Below are positions 45,240 through 56,049 of a DNA stretch of 64,000 nucleotides, in pieces. The stretch's first letter is position 1, and each line of letters opens with the position of its first letter. The stretch is taken from NCBI GenBank assembly GCA_025594325.1, contig JANHCV010000003.1:2578355-2642354 (forward strand). The letters are read 5' to 3'. A program made the position numbers and the translations under genes. The notes under the pieces are model-generated. The model was not told the origin of the DNA. It made no database searches and saw nothing but the letters and a program-made list of their open reading frames with translations. Source of the DNA: Blastocladiella emersonii ATCC 22665. Lineage: Eukaryota > Fungi > Blastocladiomycota.

Positions 45240-46445
45240 ATGAATCTTACACGCCCTCAACTCATCGCATTGCAGATATCGGCGCTCGCGGTCACGCTCC
45301 TTGCCCTCGCTGCGGCCGCAAGCGCGTCCGAGGGCGACCGCGCACACGACTACGCCGAGTGCGTCGCCAAGTGCGTCGGCACGCGCGTCGCATACACGGG
45401 GACCCAGCCGTCGCGTGCGTCGTACCGGTTCTACGGCGCACTCGGCGAAACCCACACCATCAGCTGGCCGCTCAGCCCGTTGCCCGCCGACGTCCCCGCG
45501 GCGGCGCGGTGCGCCGCAACGCTGCCGCTCGAGCTCCAGCTCACGCGGTGGACCTGTCGCGACGACTGCAAGTACCGCTGCATGCACGGCAAGACGGACG
45601 CGCGCCAGCACAAGGTCGTGCAGTACCATGGAAAGTGGCCCTTCCGCCGTATCCTCGGGATGCAGGAGCCAGCCTCGGTGCTCTTCTCGCTCGGCAACCT
45701 GATCCAGCACGTCCGCGGGCTGTGGCGCCTTCGCGGCGTCGCAAGGGCGCACGGCACCTCGGTCGCGCCCAAGCGATGGTGGACGTGTCTCTGGTGGGCC
45801 TCAACGTACGCGGTCCTCTCGATGGTCCTCTGGGTACTCTCGGCGCTGTTCCACGCGCGCGATACGTGGTGGACGGAGCGCGGCGACTACCTCGGCGTCG
45901 CGCTCGCGTCGCTCGCATCCATGCAGTGGACGGCGGTGCGGCTGCTCCCGTCGTGGATCCCGAGCTCGCTCACGGCGCTCCCGCTCGCCGTCGCCTTTGT
46001 CCGCCACGCGTACTGGCTGCTCGCCTTCCCGCGCTTCGACTACGAGTACAACATGAAGTTCAATCTCGCCATCGGCGCCATCCACAACGCGATCTGGACC
46101 GCGTACGGCGTCTACCTGTACGCCGCGGGCGCCTTCTCCAAGAACCCGACGATCCGCGCCACGCGCAAGCAGCGTGCGCGGTGGTGCCTCGGCATGTCCG
46201 TCGGGTTGACCGCGTCCATGGTGCTCGAGCTGCTCGACTTCCCGCCCCTGGCCGGCCGGAGCCTCGACGCGCACGCCCTGTGGCACCTCTCGACCATCTT
46301 CATCATCCCTTCCTGGTACAAGTTCATTGCGTCCGACGCCGAGGTCTGGGCCGTGTCGGGTACGCGCGGCGGCGACGGCGTCTCGGACCTCCCGCACGCG
46401 CTGGTCCCCGGCGCGCTGGCGGCCAACTACGGCAAGGTGGACTGA
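45240..46445 (+). CDS. PER1: GPI-anchor remodelling protein Per1/PGAP3
   Basis: Signal peptide, SEGDR...YAECV..C, WTCRDDCKYRCMH, VVQYHGKWPFRRILGMQEPASVLFSLGN, LELLDFPP, DAHALWH. Confidence 0.93.
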   Translation: MNLTRPQLIALQISALAVTLLALAAAASASEGDRAHDYAECVAKCVGTRVAYTGTQPSRASYRFYGALGETHTISWPLSPLPADVPAAARCAATLPLELQLTRWTCRDDCKYRCMHGKTDARQHKVVQYHGKWPFRRILGMQEPASVLFSLGNLIQHVRGLWRLRGVARAHGTSVAPKRWWTCLWWASTYAVLSMVLWVLSALFHARDTWWTERGDYLGVALASLASMQWTAVRLLPSWIPSSLTALPLAVAFVRHAYWLLAFPRFDYEYNMKFNLAIGAIHNAIWTAYGVYLYAAGAFSKNPTIRATRKQRARWCLGMSVGLTASMVLELLDFPPLAGRSLDAHALWHLSTIFIIPSWYKFIASDAEVWAVSGTRGGDGVSDLPHALVPGALAANYGKVD

Positions 46446-46801
46446 ACGAGTCGGTGCGGGATGATACAAAGAACTTGTTGACACACTCGCCTTCTATGAG
46501 GTGCGCTTGGAGAACACGGGCTCTGCAGTGAGGGCTGCAGCGGGGCACGCGTGGCGGGAGACAGACGCGTCTCGCCGTGCGAGACAATCTTGTCTCTTCT
46601 CCCTCCCTCCTCACCACCCCGGGCCCATGTTATACCGATGCACTCCATGCAACCGCCGCTCGGCCCCTGCTCCGCTTCCGCCACGAACCAACCGGATCGG
46701 CGCTCTGCTAGACTAGACTAGACGCATCGGGCGCCCCTGGCCCGTGATCGCCTCGCGCTTCATGTAACGACCACCAGCAACCCGTCCTCCCGCCCGCCTG
46801 C

Positions 46802-49800
46802 ATGTCCTCTGCCCAGGGCTCGCCATCTCTCGGGCCCGCTCTCGTCAGCGCGGGCCCCGCAATCCCGCCGCGAACCTCGTCGCGCGGGCTCTCGGGCTCC
46901 GCGACCGACTCGCCGCAGCTGTCCGCTTCCTCGGGCACCGCAACCCCGACGGCCCCTGTCTCCGACACCACGCCACGGCAAGCCCATGCGCTCCCGGCGC
47001 CGTCCATCGAGGAGTGGAGCCGGTCGTTCGACTTCAGCCTCGAGCGCAGCACCGACCTGCGGCCGAACCCATGCTACCTCGCGTCGGCCGACGATCCGAG
47101 CACTGCCAGCACGCTGTCGCACTCGAGCCGGTCCTACACCACGGCATCGGCTGGCGGGTCCGAGACGGGACTCTCCACGTCTGCCTCGGCTTCGCGTCTC
47201 GTGCGCGGCGGCAGCGGCGGCAGCGGGAAGCTCCTGCGCGACAACCTGACGCGGCCCAGCGGCGCCGTCTCGTCCGATGCGCTGACGTCGAGCTCGACCG
47301 CGCGGCCGTCGTCGGTCTCGATTGCCGATCTCCTGACGGTCGTGAGCCACGCCTCGATCATGGCCGCGCGCAGTACCCCCGGGTCGCGGTCCTCGCTCAA
47401 CCTCGCCAGTGGGAATCGACACCGCCGCACCGCGAGCAGCGACGAGGCCGGCGGTGACACCGAGAATGACGACGACAGCGACGGGGCCGGCGAGCAGATG
47501 CGCCCGCGCGGCGTCGTGACCAGTGTCTCCATGTCGGAGCTCGCTGCGCTCCGCATGGCCATCTCGACGGCGACCTCGACGCGCTCCGCGACCGAACCTC
47601 CTGCTTCGACATCCCAGCCGGTCGATGCAGCGTCCGATGGGCCACCGCGCGTACGCACCGACATGCTCGACCGCGGGAGCTCGCGGTCGGGGACCCTCCC
47701 GACGCAGCACCACTCGCAGCAGCTGTACCAGCCGCGCGACCGCTCCACGTCAACGTCCACTCTCGCCTGCCCGCCCTCGGCCTCCACCATCACGTCCCAG
47801 TCGACGGTGCGGTCCGGCGACAGCCGGCGCTCGAAGCTCGACACGGTCCGGCGCGGGCTCAAGCGCGTGCGCCACATGTTTTCGGCGAGCTCGCCGTCCA
47901 TCCTCGTCGACCCGCTCGACAACGGGAGCGGCTTCCCGACGGACGGCCGCTCGTCGTTCCTCGCGCCGGCAATCCCGACGACGGAGCCCATGGAGCTCAC
48001 GTCCTACTTTTTACCGCAGTCCGAGTCGTTTGCCAACCTGACGGACCGCGCCACCATCAACCTCTACTTTGCCGCGGACACGGCGGCGCTCGAGTTCACC
48101 TTTGATGTGAGTCTCTCGCCCAACAAGTGCCTGGCAAGCATCGACCTCGTGCGGTCGCGCGTGTACGAGACGCTACGGCTACTCCCGATGCCGAGCACGC
48201 TCTACTACTACGACCCGAAGCTGCCCGGGCTGCGCATCGAGGCCAAGCACTCGGACAACATCGACGCGCTGATGCAGGCGCACCACGACTGGCGGCTGAT
48301 CCCCAATGACCACGTTTTCACGCTCGCCGTCGCTCTGCCAAGCAGCGACCGCGTCCAGACCATCCAGTACCAGCGCGACCTGCTCGTCGCCGACGCGGTC
48401 GCGCAGCTCGCCGACGTGTTCCAGCTTACACACGTCACGGGCAACACCAACAACCTGTTCGTCAACTCCAACGTCGGGTACTGGCTCGAGCCGACGCGCC
48501 GGCTCGCCGACTACGAGTTCAAGCCCACCGACAAGGTCGAGCTGCGCAGCAACTCGGAGCTCGTCTACGTGCGCGTCCACGTCCCCGAGCTCGACACGCG
48601 GTTCGTCGTCAAGTCGCCACCCCACTTCAGCGTGGCCGAGTTCGTGTCGCTCATCAAGTACAACCTCAAGTCCAAGAACCTACACCTCCAGCACAACACG
48701 CAGCAGTACTCGCTGTGGATGACGCACGGCCACCAGTGGCTGCAGGAGCACGACAAGATCGGCGACCACGCGGCGCTGCTGTCGATCCGCGAGATCTCGG
48801 ACTGCGGGCTCGAGTTCCGCGTGCACCACCGCACGCTCGACGTGCAGTGCCCCGCGCTCGACGCCGTCGCCTACCTCAGCGCGTCCGAGTCGGCCACGCT
48901 GCGCGACATTGACACGCTGCTGTCGCTCGACACGTGCACGGCCGGCGACGACAACCTGCTGATCGCGTCACTCGCGGGGGAGGAGCTCAACCCGCTCGAC
49001 AACGTGTGGGACGCGCTGCGCCAGTGCGCGTGCAAGAGCGACTTCAAGCTCCGCCCGCGGTACCGGCTGCTCATGGTCACGACGTCGGTCGACATGGCGC
49101 TGCCGAACGCACGCGTCGCTATGGAGCTCGACTTTTGCGTGCCGCTCGCCTCGCTCGTCCCGACCATCGCGCGCAAGCTCGGGCTCCGGCCGTCGCACAT
49201 CCGCCACTTCCTCGTCAACGAACGCCTGCACGACCCGCTGCTCCTCGACCGTCCGCTCGGCGAGCTCAACCTGCGCCCGCTAGACTACCTGATTGTCGAG
49301 ATGAACGAGGACCAGTGGCGGTCCGACGGCAAGCGGCTGCTCGACGAGTGGGAGCTCGCCGAGAAGACCATGACCTCGATCTGGGCCGAGGGCCCCGACG
49401 CGCCGCACAACATCCAGGTCAAGGAGAATACGGTCCTCGCCGGCACGCTCAACAAGCTCATCGAGCGCGCGACGACCGACGTGGTCCGCGACTTTGGCGA
49501 ATGTGCGTTTCTCTCTCCGCTGCTGACTTTGGTGCGGACAGCGACTAACGGTCGTGCTTGCGCGTGTAGACACGTCCTTCGTGCAGACGTTCTTCCTCAC
49601 CTACCACTCGTTCACGACGCCCAAGGAGGTACTCGCCAAGCTCATCGACCGGTACCACGTCCCGCGCTTCGGCCACCAGTCGCTGCAGGATTTCGAGCGC
49701 CTGCGCGTCAACATCCAGTCGCGCGTCTGCAACGTGCTCAAGACGTGGACCAAGTCGTACACGACGGCCTTCATGGAGAACGACGGCAGCGAGCTCGTCG

Positions 49801-51538
49801 CGCAGCTGCTCGCCTTCACCGAGAACGTCATGGCGCACGACAAGCAGTACACTCTCGGCAAGCAGATTCGCCGGAACCTGTTCAAGCTGGTACGCTCGCG
49901 CAACCGCTCCTCGAACGAGGTGCGTGGGAGCAGACTGACACCCGCGTTCACTCTAGTCCACCATGGTCGCCGAAAACACGCGGCGCAACCACAACATCGC
50001 GGTTCCGCTGCCCAAGATCCCGCGCGGTCTCGCGGGCGGCATGGCGAACCTGTTCGTGTGTGACCCCGAGGAGGTTGCCCGCCAGCTGTGCCTCAGCGAG
50101 TTTGGCGTGTACCGGCGCATCAAGCCGACCGAGCTGCTCAACCAGGCGTGGATGAAGCCGGACGGGCAGTCACACTCGCCCAACATCTGGTACGCGCTCT
50201 ACGTCCCACGTCCGCGCTCGCGCCATGGAGCCTCTCTGATCGCACGTCTCGTGTAGGATCCTCACGCAGCGCTTCAACTGCCTCGCGCGGTGGCTCACCA
50301 AGTCACTGCTCCAGCTGCGCGACCTCCAGCAGCGCTCGCTGCGCATGGAGTGGTTTGTCGAGATTGCCGTGGTACGCTGCTTCGTCGCTCAATCGGAACG
50401 CGTGCTCATTACTGACGGCCGTCGCTGCGTGTGTAGAACCTCCTCGAGATGCGCAACTTCCTCTCGCTCATGGCCATTCTCGCCGGGCTCGGCAGCGCAC
50501 CAATCGCGCGGCTCAAACACACGCGCGCGCGGATGAGCGCTCGAGCTCGCAGGGTTCGTTTGGTCCTCTGGATTGACGACACGCCTTGTGTTCGCTCACG
50601 CCTCGTTTCCCGGATCGTGTAGAAGCTGGACGAGCTCGAGGAGGTCATGAGCCCCCAGCACTCGCACAAAAAGTATCGCGAACTGTACAAGTCGCCCCAC
50701 CTCAACGGGAACATGGCGCGCATCCCATACCTGTACGATTTGGTTGCTCCCGGTTGGTTCCCGCGCGTCGCACTGACTTAAGCGCGCTCCCGTGGTTCGC
50801 TTGTGTAGCTCGGTGCACCTGAGCGACCTCGTGTACGTCGAGGACGGGAACCCGGACAAGATCGACGGGCTGATCAACGTGAGCAAGCGACGGCTGGTCT
50901 ACGGCGTCATCTCGACGGTCCTCGAGTTCCAGGACGAGGACTACCACTTCGCGACGGTCAGCGACATGCAGCGCCAGATCTCGCTGTGCTACGTGCCCTA
51001 CGAGCGCCGCGAGGAGGAGCTCTTCCAGTGGAGCCTCGAGGTCGAGCCGCGCGGGTGGGATGGGATCACGCCGCTCGCTGTACCTGCGGCCATGCAGGCG
51101 GCAGCACACGCACTCGCGACTGCGCCCTCGCCTGCTCCTGATCGCGCAGCGACTGTTGCCGCCCCGATGCCCATCTCCGTGCTCGCCGCGCCACCACCAC
51201 TTCCAGCGGCGACCGCCTCGCTCGAGCCCAGGTCGCCCATCGTTGAGCCCAAGTCGCCCGCGCCCTCTCTCGCACCGCTCGTCATCGAGACCTCCCTCAT
51301 TGCCGGTCCCAACGATCCGCTCGCGCTCGGGATCACTGAAGAGGACGACGACGAGTCGTGCGACGCGCTGAGCACGGCCTCGTCGCGACGGGCCTCGTCT
51401 TACAAGTCGGCGAGCGAGTCGGCGAGCGCGGCGAGCGAACCTGCATCCCCCGTTACGGCCCGACCACCACCGTCTCCCGGGGCACGATCGCCGTCACCGT
51501 CAAGCACGCGCGCGCCGACAGAGGACGAGGAACCGTAG
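46802..51538 (+). CDS. Ras guanine-nucleotide exchange factor (REM + CDC25 domain) with N-terminal ubiquitin-like modules; exons 46802-49502, 49570-49889, 49957-50189, 50257-50371, 50437-50553, 50623-50732, 50809-51538 (~1441 aa)
   Basis: AGTLNKLIE, FFLTYHSFTTP, RVCNVLKTW, DPEEVARQLCL, RNFLSLMAILAGL, IPYL...DLVYVEDGNPD...LINVSK. Six phase-consistent introns. Confidence 0.92.
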
Positions 51539-51584
51539 CAGGCGATTGAGGAGATCATTTTGGAACAGTCGATATATAACTAGG

Positions 51585-52441
51585 TTACTGCGTCTTGCCT
51601 GCGGCCGCCTTTGCCTGCTTCTTGGCATGCTCGGCGTAGATCTTGGTGAGGTGCGGGCCCTACATCGCGTGAATGAGAATTGTCAGCTTCGCGGCCCGAA
51701 CGGCGACGTGTACACCGAACCTCGACAAACTTGACGCTGAACTGGAACACGGCCCACATGACAGCCGCGAGCGCGTAGCCGACGAGCGACTGCTTGAGGA
51801 CAGCGTACCCGAGGCACGCGATCGACGTGCCAACGTACTGCGGGTCGTTGAAGAACTTGTACGGTCCGTCGGTGACAATGCTGTCCATGAGGTACCCTAT
51901 GGGTTGTAGTTGCGGGTTAGCGCGCGGCGGAGCGAGAGGAGGTCGAGAAGATCAGGTACCGAAGCTGTCGCCGTTGTACATGTTCTTGATGCCGAGCGCC
52001 TTGAGCGTCCACAGGTTGATGAGGATGCCCGCGACAAACAGGCTGTAACCTGCGACGTTTGCCACGGTTTGCGGAATGAGCACAAGCTACAAGTATCGTG
52101 TGTCAGCGGAGCGTCGCAGTTCAACTGTAGTAGGTGTCGAGGAGGCGTACGGAGTACAGGTCGTTGTCCATGGCCAGCTCGATCACGTAGTCTCGCGCAA
52201 GGGCCGACAAGATCAAGTAGACGGCGTAGACGTAGATTGCGTTGCTGCCGAGGATCTACGCGCAGCAGGTGGCTCAATATTGCGTGTGCCGGAGCAAGCA
52301 CCAGCTCCGGACCTTGGTAAAGATGCGCGTGGCATATTCCAGCTGCGCTGTCAGGTTGTAGTTGGCGACATGCGCGACGATCGCCAGGACAGCGTAGACG
52401 GTCGGCACAGCCAGCAGGTTGCCGGTTGCAAGAAGTTCCAT
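51585..52441 (-). CDS. OPI3: Phosphatidyl-N-methylethanolamine N-methyltransferase; exons 52441-52313, 52255-52151, 52086-51960, 51896-51721, 51659-51585 (~203 aa)
   Basis: ALGIKNMYNGDSFGYLMDSIVTDGPYKFFNDPQYVGT and FVEGPHLTKIY motifs of the PEMT family. Four introns of 57-64 nt. Confidence 0.85.
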
Positions 52442-52818
52442 GTTAACTATTTTACTTGATGCGTAGCGCAAGGTTGCCCGAGGAGAGAGCGAGGACTTGC
52501 CGAACAAAGCTCACGGGCTGGGCTGACGCTGACAAATGCCACGCTCCTCGGCGGCGCCACTCACATGCTTGGGCGCGTCGCGTGCTTCGGCAAGAAAATA
52601 ATGTATTTGTAGAAAATGGCCTGTTACTCCTAGTGACGACGCGTCTTGCGCTTGTGGCCAAAGGTCGGCTTACGCTTGGAGCGAGGGGGAGCCATGGAAG
52701 CTTGGTTTGGACGACTAGCAATGTTTCTACGAGTGCCGTACCAAGTCTAGTGAATCAGGGTAAACCGTTTGACTGTACAGGGCAGGATATACACGTGAGG
52801 ACAAAACGCAGGGGAATC

Positions 52819-54174
52819 TCACGCCTTGTAAGAGTTCATGAGCGAGGCGTTGCTGGTGCCGGGGACGCCGCGGTGGAGCAGGCGGGGGCCGTCGCCGATG
52901 CGGGCGTGCAGGATGCGCTTGACGCCGCCCTCGGGCTGCACGGGGACGCGGGTCTGGATCGCGGCGGCGACGGGGCGCGGGGCCGGGTAGTTGTCGAGGA
53001 TCGTGTACGGGTCGGCAAAGTAGTCGAGGGCGGTGACGCCGGCGGTGCGCGGGAGGTAGTGGTTGAGCCACAGGAGGACCTCGGGGACGAACTGGCGCGG
53101 CAGGTACAGCACGGCGTTGGGTCCGGCGTCGTACGTGTACGCGACCTTGTACTTGCCTGCGTAGCCCGGGGCCGGGGTCGCGTTGTAGTCGTTGACGAGC
53201 TGGATGATGGCGCGGCTCACGTCGTTGAGGTAGAAGATGGGCGGGAACGTGTCGAGGCACACGGCGTGGAACTGGTTCGAGTCCTTCATGGTGAGCTCGG
53301 CAAACGCGTCAAAGTCGCGGGCGTGGATCGCCGCCTTCATGGCGGCCATGCGCTCGGGGACGACCGTCGCAAAGCGGTGCGCGGCGAGCGTGCTCGTGTC
53401 GACGGTGGTCTGCATGCCGCTCGTCGAGCTGACGCCCTTCTTGCCGTCGTGCACGACGAGGACCAGGGCCTCGATCTCGGGCCAGTGCGACGCGGGCGCC
53501 ACCTGCACGGCGACGCTGTCGCTGCCGTCGGCGGCGGAGCCCATCTCCCAGCTCACGAACCCGCCGTACAGCGAGCGGCACGCGGAGCCGGACCCGAGGC
53601 GCGCGAGCGACGAGAGCAGCGCGCGGCCGGCACCCGACTCGGGCTCCGAGGCGGCGGGGAGGCCGTACACGTGGGCGAGCACGGCGACGAGCGCGGCAAA
53701 GCCCGAGGCGGAGCTGGCGAGGCCGGCGGCGGTCGGGAAGTTGTTCTCGGAGACGAGGCGCAGGGGCCACGTCGAGATCTTGGGCAGCGAGGCGTCGGCG
53801 GCCTCGAGGGCGCGGCGCTGGGCGCGCAGGGCGGTCACGACGTTGGCGAGGCGCTTGGACTCGGAGATGGGCTCCGGGTGGCCGTTCAGCCACAGCGCGT
53901 CGGTCGGCAGGACGCCGTCGCCGCGCGCGGCGGCCGCGGCATCAGCGGGCGTCGACCACGCGGCGTCGGCGCGGCCCGTGGTCTTGGAGTGCAGAATGTC
54001 CTGCGACAGCGTCGCCGACAGCGACGAGTTGGTCGGCAGGATCAGCTTCTCGTCGCGCTTGCCCCAGTACTTGATTACGGCAATGTTGACGGGCGCTGTG
54101 ACGGTCGCCTCGATGGCGGTCATGGACGCCGGGTCCTTGGCGGCAGCGGCGGCGGCAGCGGTGGTAGACGACAT
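52819..54174 (-). CDS. MVD1: Diphosphomevalonate decarboxylase
   Basis: TAPVNIAVIKYWGKRD, NNFPTAAGLASSASG, RLGSGSACRSLYGG, DSNQFHAVCLDTFPPIFYLN, YTYDAGPNAV. C-terminus ambiguous (see findings). Confidence 0.95.
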   Translation of the reverse strand: MSSTTAAAAAAAKDPASMTAIEATVTAPVNIAVIKYWGKRDEKLILPTNSSLSATLSQDILHSKTTGRADAAWSTPADAAAAARGDGVLPTDALWLNGHPEPISESKRLANVVTALRAQRRALEAADASLPKISTWPLRLVSENNFPTAAGLASSASGFAALVAVLAHVYGLPAASEPESGAGRALLSSLARLGSGSACRSLYGGFVSWEMGSAADGSDSVAVQVAPASHWPEIEALVLVVHDGKKGVSSTSGMQTTVDTSTLAAHRFATVVPERMAAMKAAIHARDFDAFAELTMKDSNQFHAVCLDTFPPIFYLNDVSRAIIQLVNDYNATPAPGYAGKYKVAYTYDAGPNAVLYLPRQFVPEVLLWLNHYLPRTAGVTALDYFADPYTILDNYPAPRPVAAAIQTRVPVQPEGGVKRILHARIGDGPRLLHRGVPGTSNASLMNSYKA

Positions 54175-54573
54175 GGTATGGCGGTGGTGTTGGCAAGCGA
54201 GCAAGGCGTGCGATCACAGAGGAGGGAGAGGGTAAGAGCACGGGTCGGGCGACAGGCAGTCTCGTCGTGCGCTAGTGATACAGATGCATGGGTGTCGCAA
54301 AGACGGTTCACAGTCGCAGGGGAGAGAAAGCGAGAACTCTTTGCGTGAGCAGTCCCCTGAAGGACGCGCCTCTCTTCGGCGCCCGCCACGCGGCAGGATC
54401 GCAGCTCGACCGCCTCGAGCCGGTCACGCGGGCAGCATGTGACCGCGGTACGCGACGCGTTTTCTCGGCCGTCTCGCACCGCGCAGCCGTTTCCGCGAGC
54501 GGCCTACGTGTCTCCCGTATCAACTGACCAGACGGCGCAGAGCGAAAGAGTTTGCAAGCAGCTCTGCTCGTCA

Positions 54574-55627
54574 ATGCCTTCACGCTCTCGTAAAGCCGAT
54601 GCTTTCGCAGCGGGCCATGGAGGCTACCCGTCTGTTCCAGGAGGCCAGGACCGCCTTCACGGCGGGGGCACCAGTCTCCCCGCGCTCGCCCATCGCAGAG
54701 TCGGCGTGGCAAGCCGCATCTTCGACGTAACGCCGAGTGGGTCGCGTCGCCAAGGCCTGGTGGACCACCGTGCCGGCTCTTCCGGCTTCGCAGCGCGCAC
54801 GCGATCGGTGGGCCGCGGCGGAGCGTCACCCTGCGGTCATCGCCATGTCAGCGCGGCTGGGGCTTCCGCCGACCGCCATTGTCGCTATGCTCGCCGCCAT
54901 CGCCGCGCTCCTCGTCGCCCGCGCGCCGCACCGCGTCCTTTCGTGGACGCTCGCGTTTGTCCCGATCGCACGCACCATCCGCGCACCTGAGGCGCCCGCG
55001 CAGGCCACGCCCGGTTCGTGGGTCGCCAATGCCGCCGCCACGCCGCACGCCGACCTTCTCAAGACGTGGCTTGTGTTCGCTCTTCTCTCCACGTCGTGGC
55101 CCGTTCGCCGCGGCCGCCCGTCCCTCGTCGGCACCCTCGTCTGCACCGCGCTGCTGCGGCATGCCCCGGCCGTTTACTCGCAGGCCCTTCGCCCGTTCTT
55201 CGCCGTCGTGGCTCGCTCAGTTGCGCCTGGCCTGCTCGGTTTCCCGGCTACCGGCGAAAGCACGGCTGTCGGCGGCGCAGCTGACGCGCTCCCCGCATGG
55301 CTGTCTCGTGTCCTCGGCGTGGTCACCGCTGCACATCCCGAGTGGAGCGACTACTTCCCGTCGTCGCCCGACGTGGTCAAGGCCTCCGCGGAGCTCGTCA
55401 CGGGCCTCGCGCGTACAGGCTCACTCGCCGCCGCTGGCTCTGACGAACTGACGCCAACGGCTGCTGCGGCGACGCCAGCTCTCCTGTCGGTCGCTGCTGG
55501 CGGCAAGCTGCCATCCCAGTTTATCGACTGTGACGGCGACGCACCTCCCGTGGCGCCAACCCCAAGCGCGACGACGGGCAAAACCCCGACAAGGGGCGTC
55601 CGTGTTGGTTCGGTCATGGCTCAGTAG
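54574..55627 (+). CDS. REEP/Yop1 (TB2/DP1/HVA22)-like ER-shaping protein; tentative exons 54574-54726, 54794-55627
   Basis: Hydrophobic hairpins, DLLKTWLVFALL, AVYSQALRPFF. First exon and intron 54727-54793 are tentative (no clear branch site). Confidence 0.55.
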
Positions 55628-56049
55628 CGACGCAGGCGTATCAAATACATGGTTTGGTCGACCTGGCGTGAAAACAAGAGGAAGAGCGTTCCACAAGACC
55701 ATGCGCACGCGTCCGTCGCGTCTCGGACGAGAGCTTTGCCCTCCCGTGCTCCTCTCCGGAGTGAGCGGCCGTCGAGATGCGCATCGCCTCGCGCTCATTC
55801 ACGCCCGCCGCGGCCAAGCAGCCATCGTACGTTAGACTTGTCAGCTCACCCTGGCACTCGGATTGCGCTATCCTCACTCCTCGTGCTCGTTTGTGAACTT
55901 CGTCGCAGTCCAATCGTGCCCCATTGGCGCCGCATCTCTTCACGCGGGGGCGGGCGGCGGCCCTGACGCGCGTCGCTGCACGGCCGGCGAGACGCGCCCG
56001 CGCCACTCGAGCACATCACCGACTGCGTGTGGGATGGGCCTGTGCCGCG

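Noticed and set aside
54617-54730. In-frame TAA suggesting the REEP/Yop1-like gene is a pseudogene
   Set aside because: A phase-0 intron 54727-54793 from the ATG-54574 frame removes the stop; tentative but simpler.
41795-55627. Lipid/ER metabolic gene cluster (DUF3712 protein, MCR1, PER1, OPI3, MVD1, REEP-like)
   Set aside because: The genes belong to different pathways, are interrupted by a RasGEF, and show no shared motif; chance neighbourhood is likely without synteny data.
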